A stretch of DNA of 64,000 bases from Octopus bimaculoides (taxonomy: Eukaryota), in contig NC_068990.1 of assembly GCF_001194135.2 (NCBI RefSeq), positions 93,004,958 through 93,068,957 of the forward strand, in the 5' to 3' direction. How positions within the stretch are numbered: the first letter of the stretch is position 1; each line of letters opens with the position of its first letter. The position numbers and the translations under genes were made by a program. Below the pieces are notes generated by a model that was not told the DNA's origin, searched no databases, and saw only the letters and a list, made by a program, of their open reading frames with translations. This document shows positions 25,168 to 37,989 of the stretch, one piece after another.

Positions 25168-26677
25168 GTGAGGATAATCTAGGTATGGGAAAATACAAAT
25201 GAAGTCTACAGCATATAGGATATGAAAAAAGGCATCAGACTTTCAGGCGGTCGCGACTGGATCCAAATTTACAAACGTTTTGTGCAAAGGATCGGTAAAA
25301 TTTTAGAAGTGGAGGAAATAACTTTTCTGTTTTTGCTTGTGAAGTAGTAGCAGAATTGTTCATCAACATACATGACATAGTTGCAGCAGTAGTAGTAGTG
25401 GTAGTAGTAATAGTAATGGTGGTGGTAGTGCTGGTGGCTTGCTGTTGTATAAAGCCAATTCAAAGATGCCGAAATTGGCTGGAGTGAAATGGAGTCGGAT
25501 GTCAAAGCCAAAATAGTAGCAGTTGCTTGCTGCTGGTTACGAGTGTGGTGTGGCAGTTTGTTGGTCTGTTGGTCCAGGATTAGACGATTCCCTGCACTGG
25601 TTCAGTTCCATCAGCTTTTTGCAAGTTAGATCTATTACGAATATGGCTACTGCTTGGTAATGTTCTACAATGCGAGGGTGACATTTTTTTTTTACCCAAC
25701 TAATGAACTTTTACCACAACTATTACATAAGCGACTCCTCTTAGTTAAATGCTACGCAGAATCATGACAGTCAGTGTCATACAGCGACATATGTTTCTTC
25801 AGACCACCAAAACAAAAACCCCGCTTATTATTATAATTGGTGGATATGTTTGTCAGATGGGGAAGCTTTATTAATAGCTTTCTTTTCCATATAATTTTCA
25901 CAAAACAAAATGATTTCGTGATTAATTTTGCGTTCGATTTTCTCCGCAGTTCTAAAGAGAGTGAATCAGGCATTTCAGTAATTTTAATGCGTATATTATC
26001 TGTTTCACAGCTGTTGTGGTAACCGTATCAAACATTTATTAAGGCAGTTATTTCATTTTCTGACTAATAATGTGTCGAAGTGTTATTGACCGTGTTTTGC
26101 AGACAGAGAACGACTACTTTGGATACGCTTAATTAATTCGTCAGTTGATTTGATTTTAATTTATTATTATTATTTTTTCATTTCTTTTCCTTTGTTGAGT
26201 GACGTGTTTTTTTACGGATACATTGACTGTACGTTGTCAAGGTCAGTACACTCACTCAGGGTTGCTATTGACGTCATAACTACAGATTGGTCCCCCACCT
26301 CGACATTGTTTCTTCACAACTTTCTGAAAAATGCTTATTTTTGAAGAAATTTTGCAGTGACACCTTTTTCGACAATGCAGATGATAAAAACATTGAAGCT
26401 AACCTGGGGTAGAAAAGGCATGGCATTAAAGCGGTCGCGAATGGCAACCAAAATATTTGGACAAACATAACCGATTGATTGATTAACTGGATGATTTATC
26501 AAATAATCAATCCATTGGTTTCTTAATTGACCAAACAGTTAATCATTTGATAATTAGTAAAGAAGTGAATAAGAACCAGCGCATGTTTATTATTGGCATA
26601 ATGACCCTCCCGAGATACAACAAAATATGTTTATAAAAGTTAGAGAAAATATTTTTATTAGTATGCATAACTAATAT

Positions 26678-26723
<46 letters not shown>

Positions 26724-27408
26724 NNNNNNNNNNNNNNNNNNNNNNNNNNNNNNNNNNNNNNNNNNNNNNNNNNNNNNNNNNNNNNNNNNNNNNNNNNNNN
26801 NNNNNNNNNNNNNNNNNNNNNNNNNNNNNNNNNNNNNNNNNNNNNNNNNNNNNNNNNNNNNNNNNNNNNNNNNNNNNNNNNNNNNNNNNNNNNNNNNNNN
26901 NNNNNNNNNNNNNNNNNNNNNNNNNNNNNNNNNNNNNNNNNNNNNNNNNNNNNNNNNNNNNNNNNNNNNNNNNNNNNNNNNNNNNNNNNNNNNNNNNNNN
27001 NNNNNNNNNNNNNNNNNNNNNNNNNNNNNNNNNNNNNNNNNNNNNNNNNNNNNNNNNNNNNNNNNNNNNNNNNNNNNNNNNNNNNNNNNNNNNNNNNNNG
27101 GAAAAAAAATCATTTTATTTCTTCATTATTATTAACGCTTTCGTTCGTTTCTCGAACTTGTCAAATAAAATTTTGTGAATGTACAAACAGCTTGTTCGTT
27201 TATATAAAACAGATGCTTTTTTCTTGGTGTTGTTTAGAAGAAGAGAACATAGTTTTTTTTTGTGGGGGGGGGGATGAGGTTCCATGACAATGGAGATAGA
27301 TAGAAATATAGGTAGATAGATAGACAGATAGTCAGATAGATAGAGAGATAGATAGTCAGACAGATAGGTAGAGAGAGGGATATATATATATATATACACA
27401 TGTACAAA

Positions 27409-27488
27409 CAGGGTGAGCCAAAAGTCACGCACCAAAACATTTGACGTTTTATTTATATTACGTTATTATTATATTGTTGTTGTTGTTG

Positions 27489-27532
<44 letters not shown>

Positions 27533-27679
27533 GTTATTAATTTTGTTCATCATGTACAAGAACGTGTGTATTCCTCATTAACGTATTTATTTTATTGAAT
27601 TTTAGAAAAACTGAAGCATGTCTTTGACGATTCCAGAGTGTATTAAGCTTATTTTGTGCGTTACATTAGGCCCATCCTG
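27409..27679. mobile_element. Tc1/mariner-type MITE
   Basis: Imperfect TIRs cagggtgagccaaaagtcacgcac and gtgcgttacattaggcccatcctg, with TA on the right flank. Confidence 0.65.
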
Positions 27680-27854
27680 TATGCATGTATGTATGTATGT
27701 ATACACAGACAGACAGACAGACAGACAGACACACACACACACACACACACACACACGTATATGACCAGAAGAATGTTTACAATTTAACAACTACTCCAAT
27801 ACCGCGAGATTCTTCCCCGCCTCCACCAAATTCAAAATCAAAATATAGTTAATA

Positions 27855-28241
27855 ATAATGGTTTCAAGTTTTGGCACTGGGCCAGCAGTTTTTGAGGGGA
27901 GGGGGCCTGTTGCTTGCATCGATCTCAGTTCTTATTGAACCTTGAAAGGATGAAAGACAAAGTCAACCTCGCAGGAATTTGAGCTCAGAACGGGAAACCG
28001 GAAGCATTTTATTCGGAAAGCTAACAATTCTGCCAGTTCAACAAATCTTTAATAATATTAACAATTCTTTCTAAATTTGGCACAAGGCCCGCAAATTTAG
28101 TGGGAGGGTGAAGTCGATTACATCAACTGATACTTATTTTATCCACCCAGAAAAGCCACGTCGACCTCAGCGCTATTTGAACACAGAATGTAATGTGTCG
28201 GAAGATGCAATCCTACCAGCTCGCCTCCTTTGCTGCCCCTC

Positions 28242-28279
<38 letters not shown>

Positions 28280-28790
28280 TCATTTCTTTATTGCCCACAG
28301 GGGACTAAACATAGAGGGGACAAACAAAGACAGACAAAGAAATTAAGTCGATTACATTGACTCCAGTGTGTAACTGGTACTTATTTAATCGACCCCGAAA
28401 GGATGAAAAGCGGAGTCGGACTCGGCGAATTTGAACTCAGAACGTAACGGCAGACGAAATAATAAGAAGAAGCAGCGGAAAGTTTGTCTCTTAGGGACAG
28501 CAAGGATTATCAGGAGGGTTCTAAGCCCTTGAAAGACTGTTGAAAACTTGTGGAGATCTAAGGTTACGGGTAGTAACCCGATACCCACATAAACCCTATC
28601 AGGAATAAGACCGAATCTGAGCCAAACCAAGGTAATAATAATAATAATAATCTTTCCTACTATAGGCACAAAGCCTAAAAGTTTAAGGGAGGGGGACTAA
28701 TTGATTGATCTCGTTGACTCCAGTGCGTAACTGGTACTTATTTTATCGACCCCGAAAGATTGAGAGGCAAAGTTGACCTCGGCGACGCAT
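27855..28790 (-). mobile_element. Stack of four family-B SINE copies in the same orientation
   Basis: Copies at about 27855-28040, 28070-28230, 28278-28460 and 28665-28790, separated by AAT-rich tracts. Confidence 0.85.
28470..28651 (+). mobile_element. 3' end of an R4/Dong-like (RLE) non-LTR retrotransposon with (TAA)n tail
   Basis: Reads QRKVCLLGTARIIRRVLSP* (stop 28530-32), matching the RLE C-terminal LLGTARI.R.VL motif. A 3' UTR and (TAA)6 follow. Confidence 0.8.
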
Positions 28791-29488
28791 ATAAGCAGGA
28801 GTAAAATGTATGCATAAATATCTGTTTGTGAGTGTGTATATTGGAATGAATCTATATGTTTGCCTGAATTTAACAGAAGAAAAAAAACAACATAGAATTG
28901 TGATGTGCTTCCATAGATTATTGACACACAAGATAACACGTGATTCATTCAAGGACCGATTTATGACGTTAAAACGGAGAAGTATTAATTTTTAAAGCAT
29001 AACTGACGTGATATTCTGTTTATTCACCTTGTTTTGGATATTTTCTAATAGCTTTCGGGTTATCTGAAATAAATCCGTGGAGGAGAGTTAAAATAATGGG
29101 CGGCTCATAAAACTTGTCTCAAACCGAAAGTTACCGCGTTTGGCGCGCGCAGTCATTTAAATCTACATACATGTATGTTTCTGTGTGTATGCGTGTGTGT
29201 TTGTACGTGCGTGCTTCTATGTGTGTGTGTGTATGTGTATATACATATATATACACACACCCACATTGTAAAGTTATATATGTAATAGTGTGTGTATATA
29301 TATTTGTATGTGTAAATAAGGATAAGATCGTTATTTTAAATACCGATCATATCAAATGGTCAGCATAGGAATTAAGGGTATCTAAAAGATACCACCATGC
29401 TAGAGATAGCAGTCAAAACTTGACTCTAAAACCACATCAAATATTCATACATATATTTGTATACAGTTCTATATTTAAGATAGATATT

Positions 29489-29587
29489 TACATTATTTAC
29501 ATTTGACGGATATTTGTCCTCATCTTGTTTGTGGTTAAGAACGCAGGCTACTAACGCCAAGATTCCGAGTTCGATTCCAGGTAGTGA

Positions 29588-29621
<34 letters not shown>

Positions 29622-29763
29622 TTTGAAAAATACCTTAGGAATGAGAACCCAGGTTCGAAATTTCCCCAAGACACCTGATGAAGGCTGGAGGGTATATCAG
29701 CCGAAACATTGTGTTAACAACAAACAAGATGAGGACGAATATCCGTGAAATGTAAATAATGTA
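29489..29763 (+). mobile_element. tRNA-headed SINE (family C) with a 3' hammerhead motif and 44-bp terminal inverted repeats
   Basis: IRs at 29489-29532 and 29720-29763 (42/44). tRNA-like tggttaag..ggctactaac..gagttcgattcc, an (AAT)n tract, and a hammerhead motif at 29670-29715. Confidence 0.85.
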
Positions 29764-30679
29764 ACTATATTTGTATGTGTGAATTAGTTTACTCACCAAG
29801 GTCGCGATAAAATGACTATGGATTTTCATTATATAATGAATATTTCATAAGTATTCGTACACAACCATTGTTCATATTCAGGTTTTATTTCACTTTTACG
29901 TTGCTTAAACAGCTCTAACCAGGGGAATAAATGCAATACGTCTAACTCGATATTTTGTTTGTTATTTTATATTCCGCAAATAAATGAGACTTCCTGGATT
30001 TTCATATATATTTTCTTCTACTACTAAGCACTGACCTGTCCAACCACCTAATCTATATTCCTAAATTCTTCATTCCATACTACTACCCTCTCTCTCTGCC
30101 CCATCACTTAGACTCTATTACTACATAACTGACACTCCTTCACTGTTTATACCTCTCTCTATCACCCCAATTCCGCCTATCTCTTTACACTCTAATTCCT
30201 TTCTCTCTCTTTCACCCTCATCTCCCAATTCCTACTTTCAAATTATCTTGACTGACCACTAACTGGTACACTTTCCCTTACTATCTCTCTCCTTGTTTTT
30301 CTTTTTTCTTTTCTTTCTTTTCTTTATTCCTCTCTTCCTGTTTTTTCTTTTTTTCTTTTCTTTTTTCTTTTTTCTTTATTCCTCTCTTCCTGTTTTCGAT
30401 TTGACCTTACAAATACATCCCTTACTTTTAGGTCACTTTAAATAATACTCTTGATTCAATAGCATTGTGTACAAACTCTATACTTGGAATGACCAATTTT
30501 AGATACTATTGGATTTTACTCACAAGGTATTGGAATCTTATATGTATACCATTCTGCCTAAATAACGGATCTACAAATGCAAAATCCCTGCATATCTCAC
30601 ATCTATTTTCATTCTTCCACTTCATTCTCTATTTCGTATCTTATCTAAATTAACTATTGCTTAACCATTTTCTCATATC

Positions 30680-30727
30680 GTCTCCGATGAAGGGATATAA
30701 TAAATATCCTGGAAACAGCTGTAAGAC
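30680..30727 (+). ncRNA. Type I hammerhead-like motif with variant core CCGAUGA
   Basis: GUCU-CCGAUGA-A-GGGAUAU(AAUAA)AUAUCCU-G-GAAA-CAGCUG-UA-AGAC, with palindromic helix III. Confidence 0.65.
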
Positions 30728-30949
30728 CTATTTATAAATGTTCTAAAATCTTCACAGCCTTGGTTTTTTATCTCATTCTGAAAATTTTTTTTTATGTATA
30801 TACACACGCTGATATATGACCTACGTTGGATTCCTTATTCGCATAATCACTGAACCTGGAGCTTAACTATAGTCTATCCATAGCACTNNNNNNNNNNATA
30901 CCTATTCTCTTACAATTAGAACGTTCAAAGATTTCCCTTTCTATATTTT

Positions 30950-31450
30950 CTAATTTTCATTTATTCCATAAATTCTGATGGTTTTCCTTTGTAAAATGTC
31001 TGTTTATATTGTCAAAAGCCCTTTGGAAACCGTCAAAATTAATGGCCGCCATTAATTTGTATTCGATAGTGTTTCCAATTCTTCGTTGCATCACAAAAAT
31101 GACATCAGTGTAGTCAGTGCATGATCTCCTAACATGAAATCCAGATTTATGCTCTCTTAAAATTGTGTAAAATATCTCCGTCATCCTGTTTAACGCAATC
31201 ACTGAAAGTAGTTTGTTAGTCACATGCAGAGAGATTTCTATCCATTTTAAAACAAACACCCACCTTTCCTTGGCATTTTCACAATATCAGCTTTTCCTTA
31301 CTCTTCTCGTATTTTTTCAATCACGCAAGATCATGTTACGTAGATTAATTAACGCTGTCTCCATGGATTCCCGTCCACATTTAACACACTCACAAAGGAT
31401 TCCATTTATACCTGCAGCTTCGTCAATTTTCTGATTCCAAAGCTTTCCGC
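30950..31450 (-). mobile_element. LINE reverse-transcriptase remnant (RTE/CR1/L2-like)
   Basis: Reads EAAGINGIL...DIVKMPRKG...EISLHVTNKLLSVIALNRM...EHKSGFHVRRSCTD...INFDGFQRAFDNINR, covering RT domains 0-3. Confidence 0.8.
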
Positions 31451-32511
31451 ACTTCCACTCATATCATTTCAACATACACGCCGCTCGTTTATATAACCAG
31501 TCACATCTAAAAGCTCACCATGTTCACCTTGATTTAGCACTTATTTGAACTGGGGCAAATATCTCATGTTTTTTTACCCCTTCTGTCTTTAGACAATCCC
31601 CATTATTACTCCTTAGAGGTACCCTTACATGTTGCTCAACATCCTGGCACTTGATATTAATGAATGATGAATGATGAGTAAGGAGAAATCGTGGTGATAG
31701 TGAATTAACAAAGAATAATACAAAAATATTTAAGGAATAAATCAAGATTAAAGGTATTGAAAAAATATTGAAAAATACTGAAAAAAAACGTGACAATTAA
31801 AATGGAAGGAAACGAAATTATAGCAACAGGGGGCGCTGTTTAAAACGATTTGTCAATAGTTCAAAGAGTAAGAAGTTGAGTGAAAGTCATAATTAAAGAC
31901 AAATATAATAAAGTAATTAAAATAAGGATAAAATAAATAAAAGTAAAAATGAATTGGAGAAATTGGGAATATTGATGAGGATAGAAAAATATATGGAAAG
32001 ATATTGGGAAAAGTTATCGAAAAGATAATGAGACGTGTTGAGAATGTTAAGATATTGAAAAATTATAAAGATTATATATACACATATATATATATATGTA
32101 TATATATATATACATATATGTGGTTCAAATGTACAAAAGACAGAGACAGATGAGGAAACAAGAAACAAAGTGTACTAGTTTGACGCTTAGGAAAAATGTA
32201 AAAGTCTTTGATGCTTCGAGCCTACGCTCTTCAAAAGAAAGGAACGAAGAAAGACAATGGAGAGAGAGAAAAAAAAGCGAAGAGAAGTAAAAAAAAAAGC
32301 GTGCCTGGGTTAACGGTTTCATATTCCGAAATGACCAGAAAGAAGAGGTTGAATGGAAAGGGAAATAACAGCGATCTAGCTAAAGTGTGTGTGCGTGCAA
32401 GCGCACGTGTGCATGGGAAGATGAAGCGCGTGAGTGCATATGTGGGCGAGTGCGTGTGTATGTCTGTGTAAGAAAGCAAAAGATTATGTGAGTCTGTGTG
32501 TGTGTAAATGT

Positions 32512-32634
<123 letters not shown>

Positions 32635-32972
32635 GTATATATATGTATACACACACACGCACGCCTCCCCCCATATGTCTACTATCTAACTACTGGGCAC
32701 AGGCTCACCTTGAATTTCTTAAATGTTGGTATATTTGATGAAAATGTCATTTGATGATGATGCGTTGATTAATCAACAAGTCACTGCTTGTTTGGTGGCC
32801 GAATGAGTTGGGAGTTATGTAACGCCTTACGCTTCTAACCAATTACATTTTGCATACGACAGAATAGACTCCTAACGAAACAATTGTAGCAATACCAAAT
32901 GGCCCATATTTTATCGCATGCAGTATAATATTGAGCACTCTTTTCTTTGACAGTCAACACAGCGTTTGCATG

Positions 32973-33003
<31 letters not shown>

Positions 33004-33785
33004 NNNNNNNNNNNNNNNNNNNNNNNNNNNNNNNNNNNNNNNNNNNNNNNNNNNNNNNNNNNNNNNNNNNNNNNNNNNNNNNNNNNNNNNNNNNNNNNNN
33101 NNNNNNNNNNNNNNNNNNNNNNNNNNNNNNNNNNNNNNNNNNNNNNNNNNNNNNNNNNNNNNNNNNNNNNNNNNNNNNNNNNNNNNNNNNNNNNNNNNNN
33201 NNNNNNNNNNNNNNNNNNNNNNNNNNNNNNNNNNNNNNNNNNNNNNNNNNNNNNNNNNNNNNNNNNNNNNNNNNNNNNNNNNNNNNNNNNNNNNNNNNNN
33301 NNNNNNNNNNNNNNNNNNNNNNNNNNNNNNNNNNNNNNNNNNNNNNNNNNNNNNNNNNNNNNNNNNNNNNNNNNNNNNNNNNNNNNNNNNNNNNNNNNNN
33401 NNNNNNNNNNNNNNNNNNNNNNNNNNNNNNNNNNNNNNNNNNNNNNNNNNNNNNNNNNNNNNNNNNNNNNNNNNNNNNNNNNNNNNNNNNNNNNNNNNNN
33501 NNNNNNNNNNNNNNNNNNNNNNNNNNNNNNNNNNNNNNNNNNNNNNNNNNNNNNNNNNNNNNNNNNNNNNNNNNNNNNNNNNNNNNNNNNNNNNNNNNNN
33601 NNNNNNNNNNNNNNNNNNNNNNNNNNNNNNNNNNNNNNNNNNNNNNNNNNNNNNNNNNNNNNNNNNNNNNNNNNNNNNNNNNNNNNNNNNNNNNNNNNNN
33701 NNNNNNNNNNNNNNNNNNNNNNNNNNNNNNNNNNNNNNNNNNNNNNNNNNNNNNNNNNNNNNNNNNNNNNNNNNNNNNNNNNNNN

Positions 33786-33817
<32 letters not shown>

Positions 33818-35135
33818 CATATATACACACACGTACAAGTACATACTTGCATGTGTACGTATATACATATGCATATGAGGGCACAAAACGTGAACAACAA
33901 AAATTACGGAGTACGAGGACATGGAATATGAACGTTGTTTTTTTTTGCGAACAACGAAAGACACAAATGGAAAACAAGACAGACAACACAAAGAACGACC
34001 CTCCATCAGTCGTCGGTTGTTTTTCTAATCCGTACACACACACACAATTTATTTCAGCTATATATTTTATTTAATAAAGGCGTTACGTGCTTGCGTGACT
34101 AAGAACGTCCCCTCCTGCTCATCAACGGCGGTAAAAGCAGTCAAGTGTCATTTCAAGCGAGAAACGTCGAGAATAGACATTTCGCTGCTGCAGCGTAACG
34201 AGGTCCGCATGAAATTAAAAACGTTTACTCGGTCAAAAGAACGCAGTGAAAGTGTTTTCCTACAAAATGAAACTATCCGGGAACAAAATAAGAATTACGA
34301 ACTTAAGAATACCTGCGAGATATCATTCAGCATCTGTTGTAATGTTTCCATTATAGCAACTTCATTTACAAAATGCATTATTAAGGTGAGTAAAACATGC
34401 TTGTTAGCTACTCAGGTATATCAAGTGTTAATTCATACACGGTTGCAACGATAAACAGCAAAAACACAAGACACAATGACTGTTCTGCAAAATTAAAGGT
34501 TTCTCACATTTGACTTGTTGTTTATGGTGAAGACCTGCATTACACAAACGGATGTCTGTGGAAGTGTATTGAAAGAGTTTACCGCAAAAGATTGTCATTG
34601 AAACTACAACACATTTCCCTAGTAAACTATCTTCCATGCGATTCAAGTCCTGATGAGCGCCTGAAACTGAGATTTACAGAAATAGATTTAGCGAATGATT
34701 TCTTGGTCTTTCAAAAATACTTGCGATGTTTTTTGTTTTGTTTTGCTTTACAAAGAAGAAGCACTTTCAGTTTTTGACCCGGAAAACATACTTTTTGCAA
34801 GACAGATATACTTGCTCTGTAATGGAATCTTGGAAACGAACAAGTGCTGACGTCTCTAATTAAAAAAACAAAAATAATAATAATTACGAAGTGTAAACAG
34901 ATATACGATCATTGATTTTAAAGTTTTCAGAAGAGAAGAAAAAAATAATCTCCCTTCTTGTGTGTGTGTGTATGTGTGTAGATATGTGCATGCATACATA
35001 CATACATACATACATACATACTTACATACATACATACATACATACGTACATAAATGCCATGTCATTTTAATCTGCGCAGATTAAGATGACACGATTCTTC
35101 TTTTTTCTCCACCGATGTATGTGTGTGTGTGTGTT

Positions 35136-35166
<31 letters not shown>

Positions 35167-35347
35167 AAACACACATACGCACACATGCATAGAGATATAA
35201 AATAAAAAGAAAATGGAGGCTTCTTGAGTGTCACCGCTAAATTTCATGCTTCTGATTCTTCAAATACCTGTAGTTGGTAGGAATCGAATTTTTCTAAACT
35301 GGCTATCGACGCACTATCTGCTTCCTTATATTTTCGAGTGGTTACTC

Positions 35348-35389
35348 GGTGCTGATGAAGAGAAATAACCTAGAAACCGCAGGTACGCA
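35348..35389 (+). ncRNA. Type I hammerhead-like motif, core intact, helices I and II weak
   Basis: GUG-CUGAUGA-AGAGAAAUAACCUA-GAAA-CC(GCA)GG-UA-CGC. Confidence 0.5.
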
Positions 35390-35607
35390 GATGTTGCTCT
35401 GAGCTGAGTGAGGAAACTAAGCTCCCTTGTTCAAAAATATAAGAACGCAGAGAGTGCGTTGATAGCCCGCTTGGGACGATGTTTCCTGCGGCTAAATAAC
35501 AGTAACATTCGTCCTAATCAGGACTGCCACATTACGTTGGCAAATAATCTTTAGTCTAGAGAACTGTTACTGAATGCTTCTCTTTCAGAGATTAAGAAAT
35601 AATTCTT

Positions 35608-35647
<40 letters not shown>

Positions 35648-36039
35648 NNNNNNNNNNNNNNNNNNNNNNNNNNNNNNNNNNNNNNNNNNNNNNNNNNNNN
35701 NNNNNNNNNNNNNNNNNNNNNNNNNNNNNNNNNNNNNNNNNNNNNNNNNNNNNNNNNNNNNNNNNNNNNNNNNNNNNNNNNNNNNNNNNNNNNNNNNNNN
35801 NNNNNNNNNNNNNNNNNNNNNNNNNNNNNNNNNNNNNNNNNNNNNNNNNNNNNNNNNNNNNNNNNNNNNNNNNNNNNNNNNNNNNNNNNNNNNNNNNNNN
35901 NNNNNNNNNNNNNNNNNNNNNNNNNNNNNNNNNNNNNNNNNNNNNNNNNNNNNNNNNNNNNNNNNNNNNNNNNNNNNNNNNNNNNNNNNNNNNNNNNNNN
36001 NNNNNNNNNNNNNNNNNNNNNNNNNNNNNNNNNNNNNNN

Positions 36040-36095
<56 letters not shown>

Positions 36096-36471
36096 GTTTG
36101 TCCGTTATCAAAAGCCAACTACAGACTGTTGAAATTCCAATGTTGTCGTATTTTACAGAGAAACCATATTTTTTTTATTTCTAATTCCCTTCTTTTGTCT
36201 TCATCAATTTCTTAAACAAGTATTTTTCTTTTTACTCGTTCAACCAAATAAAAACACAATAGAAATCAGGATGTTTGGAATGGTTTATGGCAAATCCTTC
36301 AACGGATTACGCACGAAGATAAGTTCCTGCGTAAAGAATTTTGCAGTGATTATGTTTGACAGAGTTAATCAGGACAATGCTTTCTTGTGAGGAATCGTGT
36401 TTTCTGATGAGTGAATTCTTCAGGTTTCAAATAAGACTTTAAAAATTACGCGCGCAAAGACACGGACACAA

Positions 36472-36539
<68 letters not shown>

Positions 36540-36554
36540 GCGCGCACACATGAC

Positions 36555-37260
36555 AGAAGTAAATAGACACCCTTATAATCATTAAAATTTATTCAAATCT
36601 GAAATTATACATTCAAATTATTTATTAATTATTATAATGTGAATATTTAATATTTAGTAGACATGCCCTTTGCATTTTTCAATGCAAGGACCCTATTAGG
36701 CATGTTACTGATCAGATGACGAGTATTTTCTTGAGGAATTTCTTGCCAAGTTTCATGCAGGAATCTCAAAAGATCTGGCTTTGAAGATGCTTTTCTGTTC
36801 TTTTCATGAAGTGTCCTGTCCATTATGTCTCAGAGCTGTTCAATAGGGTTCACATCTGGTGACTGGTTTGACCATGGAAGCTTTTTGATACCCTTCTCAT
36901 CCAACAAATCTTGAGTCATTTTAAGCGTGTGACAAGGTGACCCATCTTCCATAAATAGTCTTCTTTAATCATTTCTCCACTGGGGAAGATTGGAAGGAGT
37001 CGTTTCTGCATTATGATCACATATTTATCCGAGTTTATCTTTCCCTCACACTCCACCAGCTCTGATCGACCATTGCTCCAAATTGCTCCCCAGACCATCA
37101 CAGAATAGCTGCCGTGTTTGATTGTTACTGCAATCTTTTCACATCAAATTCTTGATCACAGTCTCCAGACCCACACTCGACCACTGTCAGGAAATGCAGC
37201 AAATCTGGACTCATCAGAGATTATGACAGTGTCCCAAAACGCTAGTGTCATCTCTCTACC
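36555..37260 (-). mobile_element. Tc1 (DD34E) transposase pseudogene, catalytic domain
   Basis: Reads WDTVIISDESRF...VMVWGAIW...EDGSPCH-...-SPDVNPIE, with 34 residues between D and E, then ...NAKGMSTKY* (stop 36647-49). Internal stop and frameshifts. Confidence 0.92.
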
Positions 37261-37989
37261 ATCTCACTGGCCTAAATCATGATTCATACTTACATACATG
37301 CATATGTGCGCGTAGATATGGTGCATGTATATATAAATAATGAATATAAAGAATGAGGTTGTATGAAGAACATTGCAACTGGTTTCTCTTAAAGTAACTC
37401 ATGTCTACAAACAAATGCTTGTAAATGACAACGAGACCGCTAACGCTCTTAATTCAGTAAAAACAATAAATGTTGATGAATTAAATTCACAGCCGTAGTC
37501 AGAAGATAAAAATCATTAGTTAATTATTAATTCTTCTCAGACAGCGTTCGGCTAATGAAACCATGAACGATATAAAAATTATAATTCAATATGGTATCTA
37601 CCCATAAGTAGGTACATTCAGCCGTTAACGATTAAGTATTTGCGTTTCGTTTTCCACTTATTTCAGTTTGTAATTTTTGTTTGCGACAAGAATTACAATT
37701 TGTTGGCATTTGATAAATTAGCTACGTAGTTGATAATCTTTTCAAGACCTTATTCATTTGGACCAGTGGTTCTAACCCGGGCTCCATATTGCCTCTGAAG
37801 GTCCATATAAAATTTTTGGGGGTCCAAGCAACAAAATAGTAAATTGGTGGTGGTGGGGATCTACAACAGTATTTTAAGGGCCGTTGAAAAAATGTTGAGT
37901 TAGTTATATGTATTGGTATGTATTACAAGAAACTGTTAAATGACTTTCTCCAACATTTTACATAGTTTAACCAACACAAGTTAATGTCC

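Noticed and set aside
25356-25490. Apparent transmembrane helix plus CCC tail (IVAAVVVVVVVIVMVVVVLVACCC...)
   Set aside because: The hydrophobic run is a (GTA/GTG)n microsatellite, and I found no phase-compatible link to exon E.
29532-29585. Possible tRNA gene
   Set aside because: The acceptor stem is incomplete and it is embedded in a multi-copy element. It is a SINE head, as are the heads of families A and B.
34640-34680. CUGAUGA...GAAA hammerhead candidate
   Set aside because: No helix II or III and no NUH in register.
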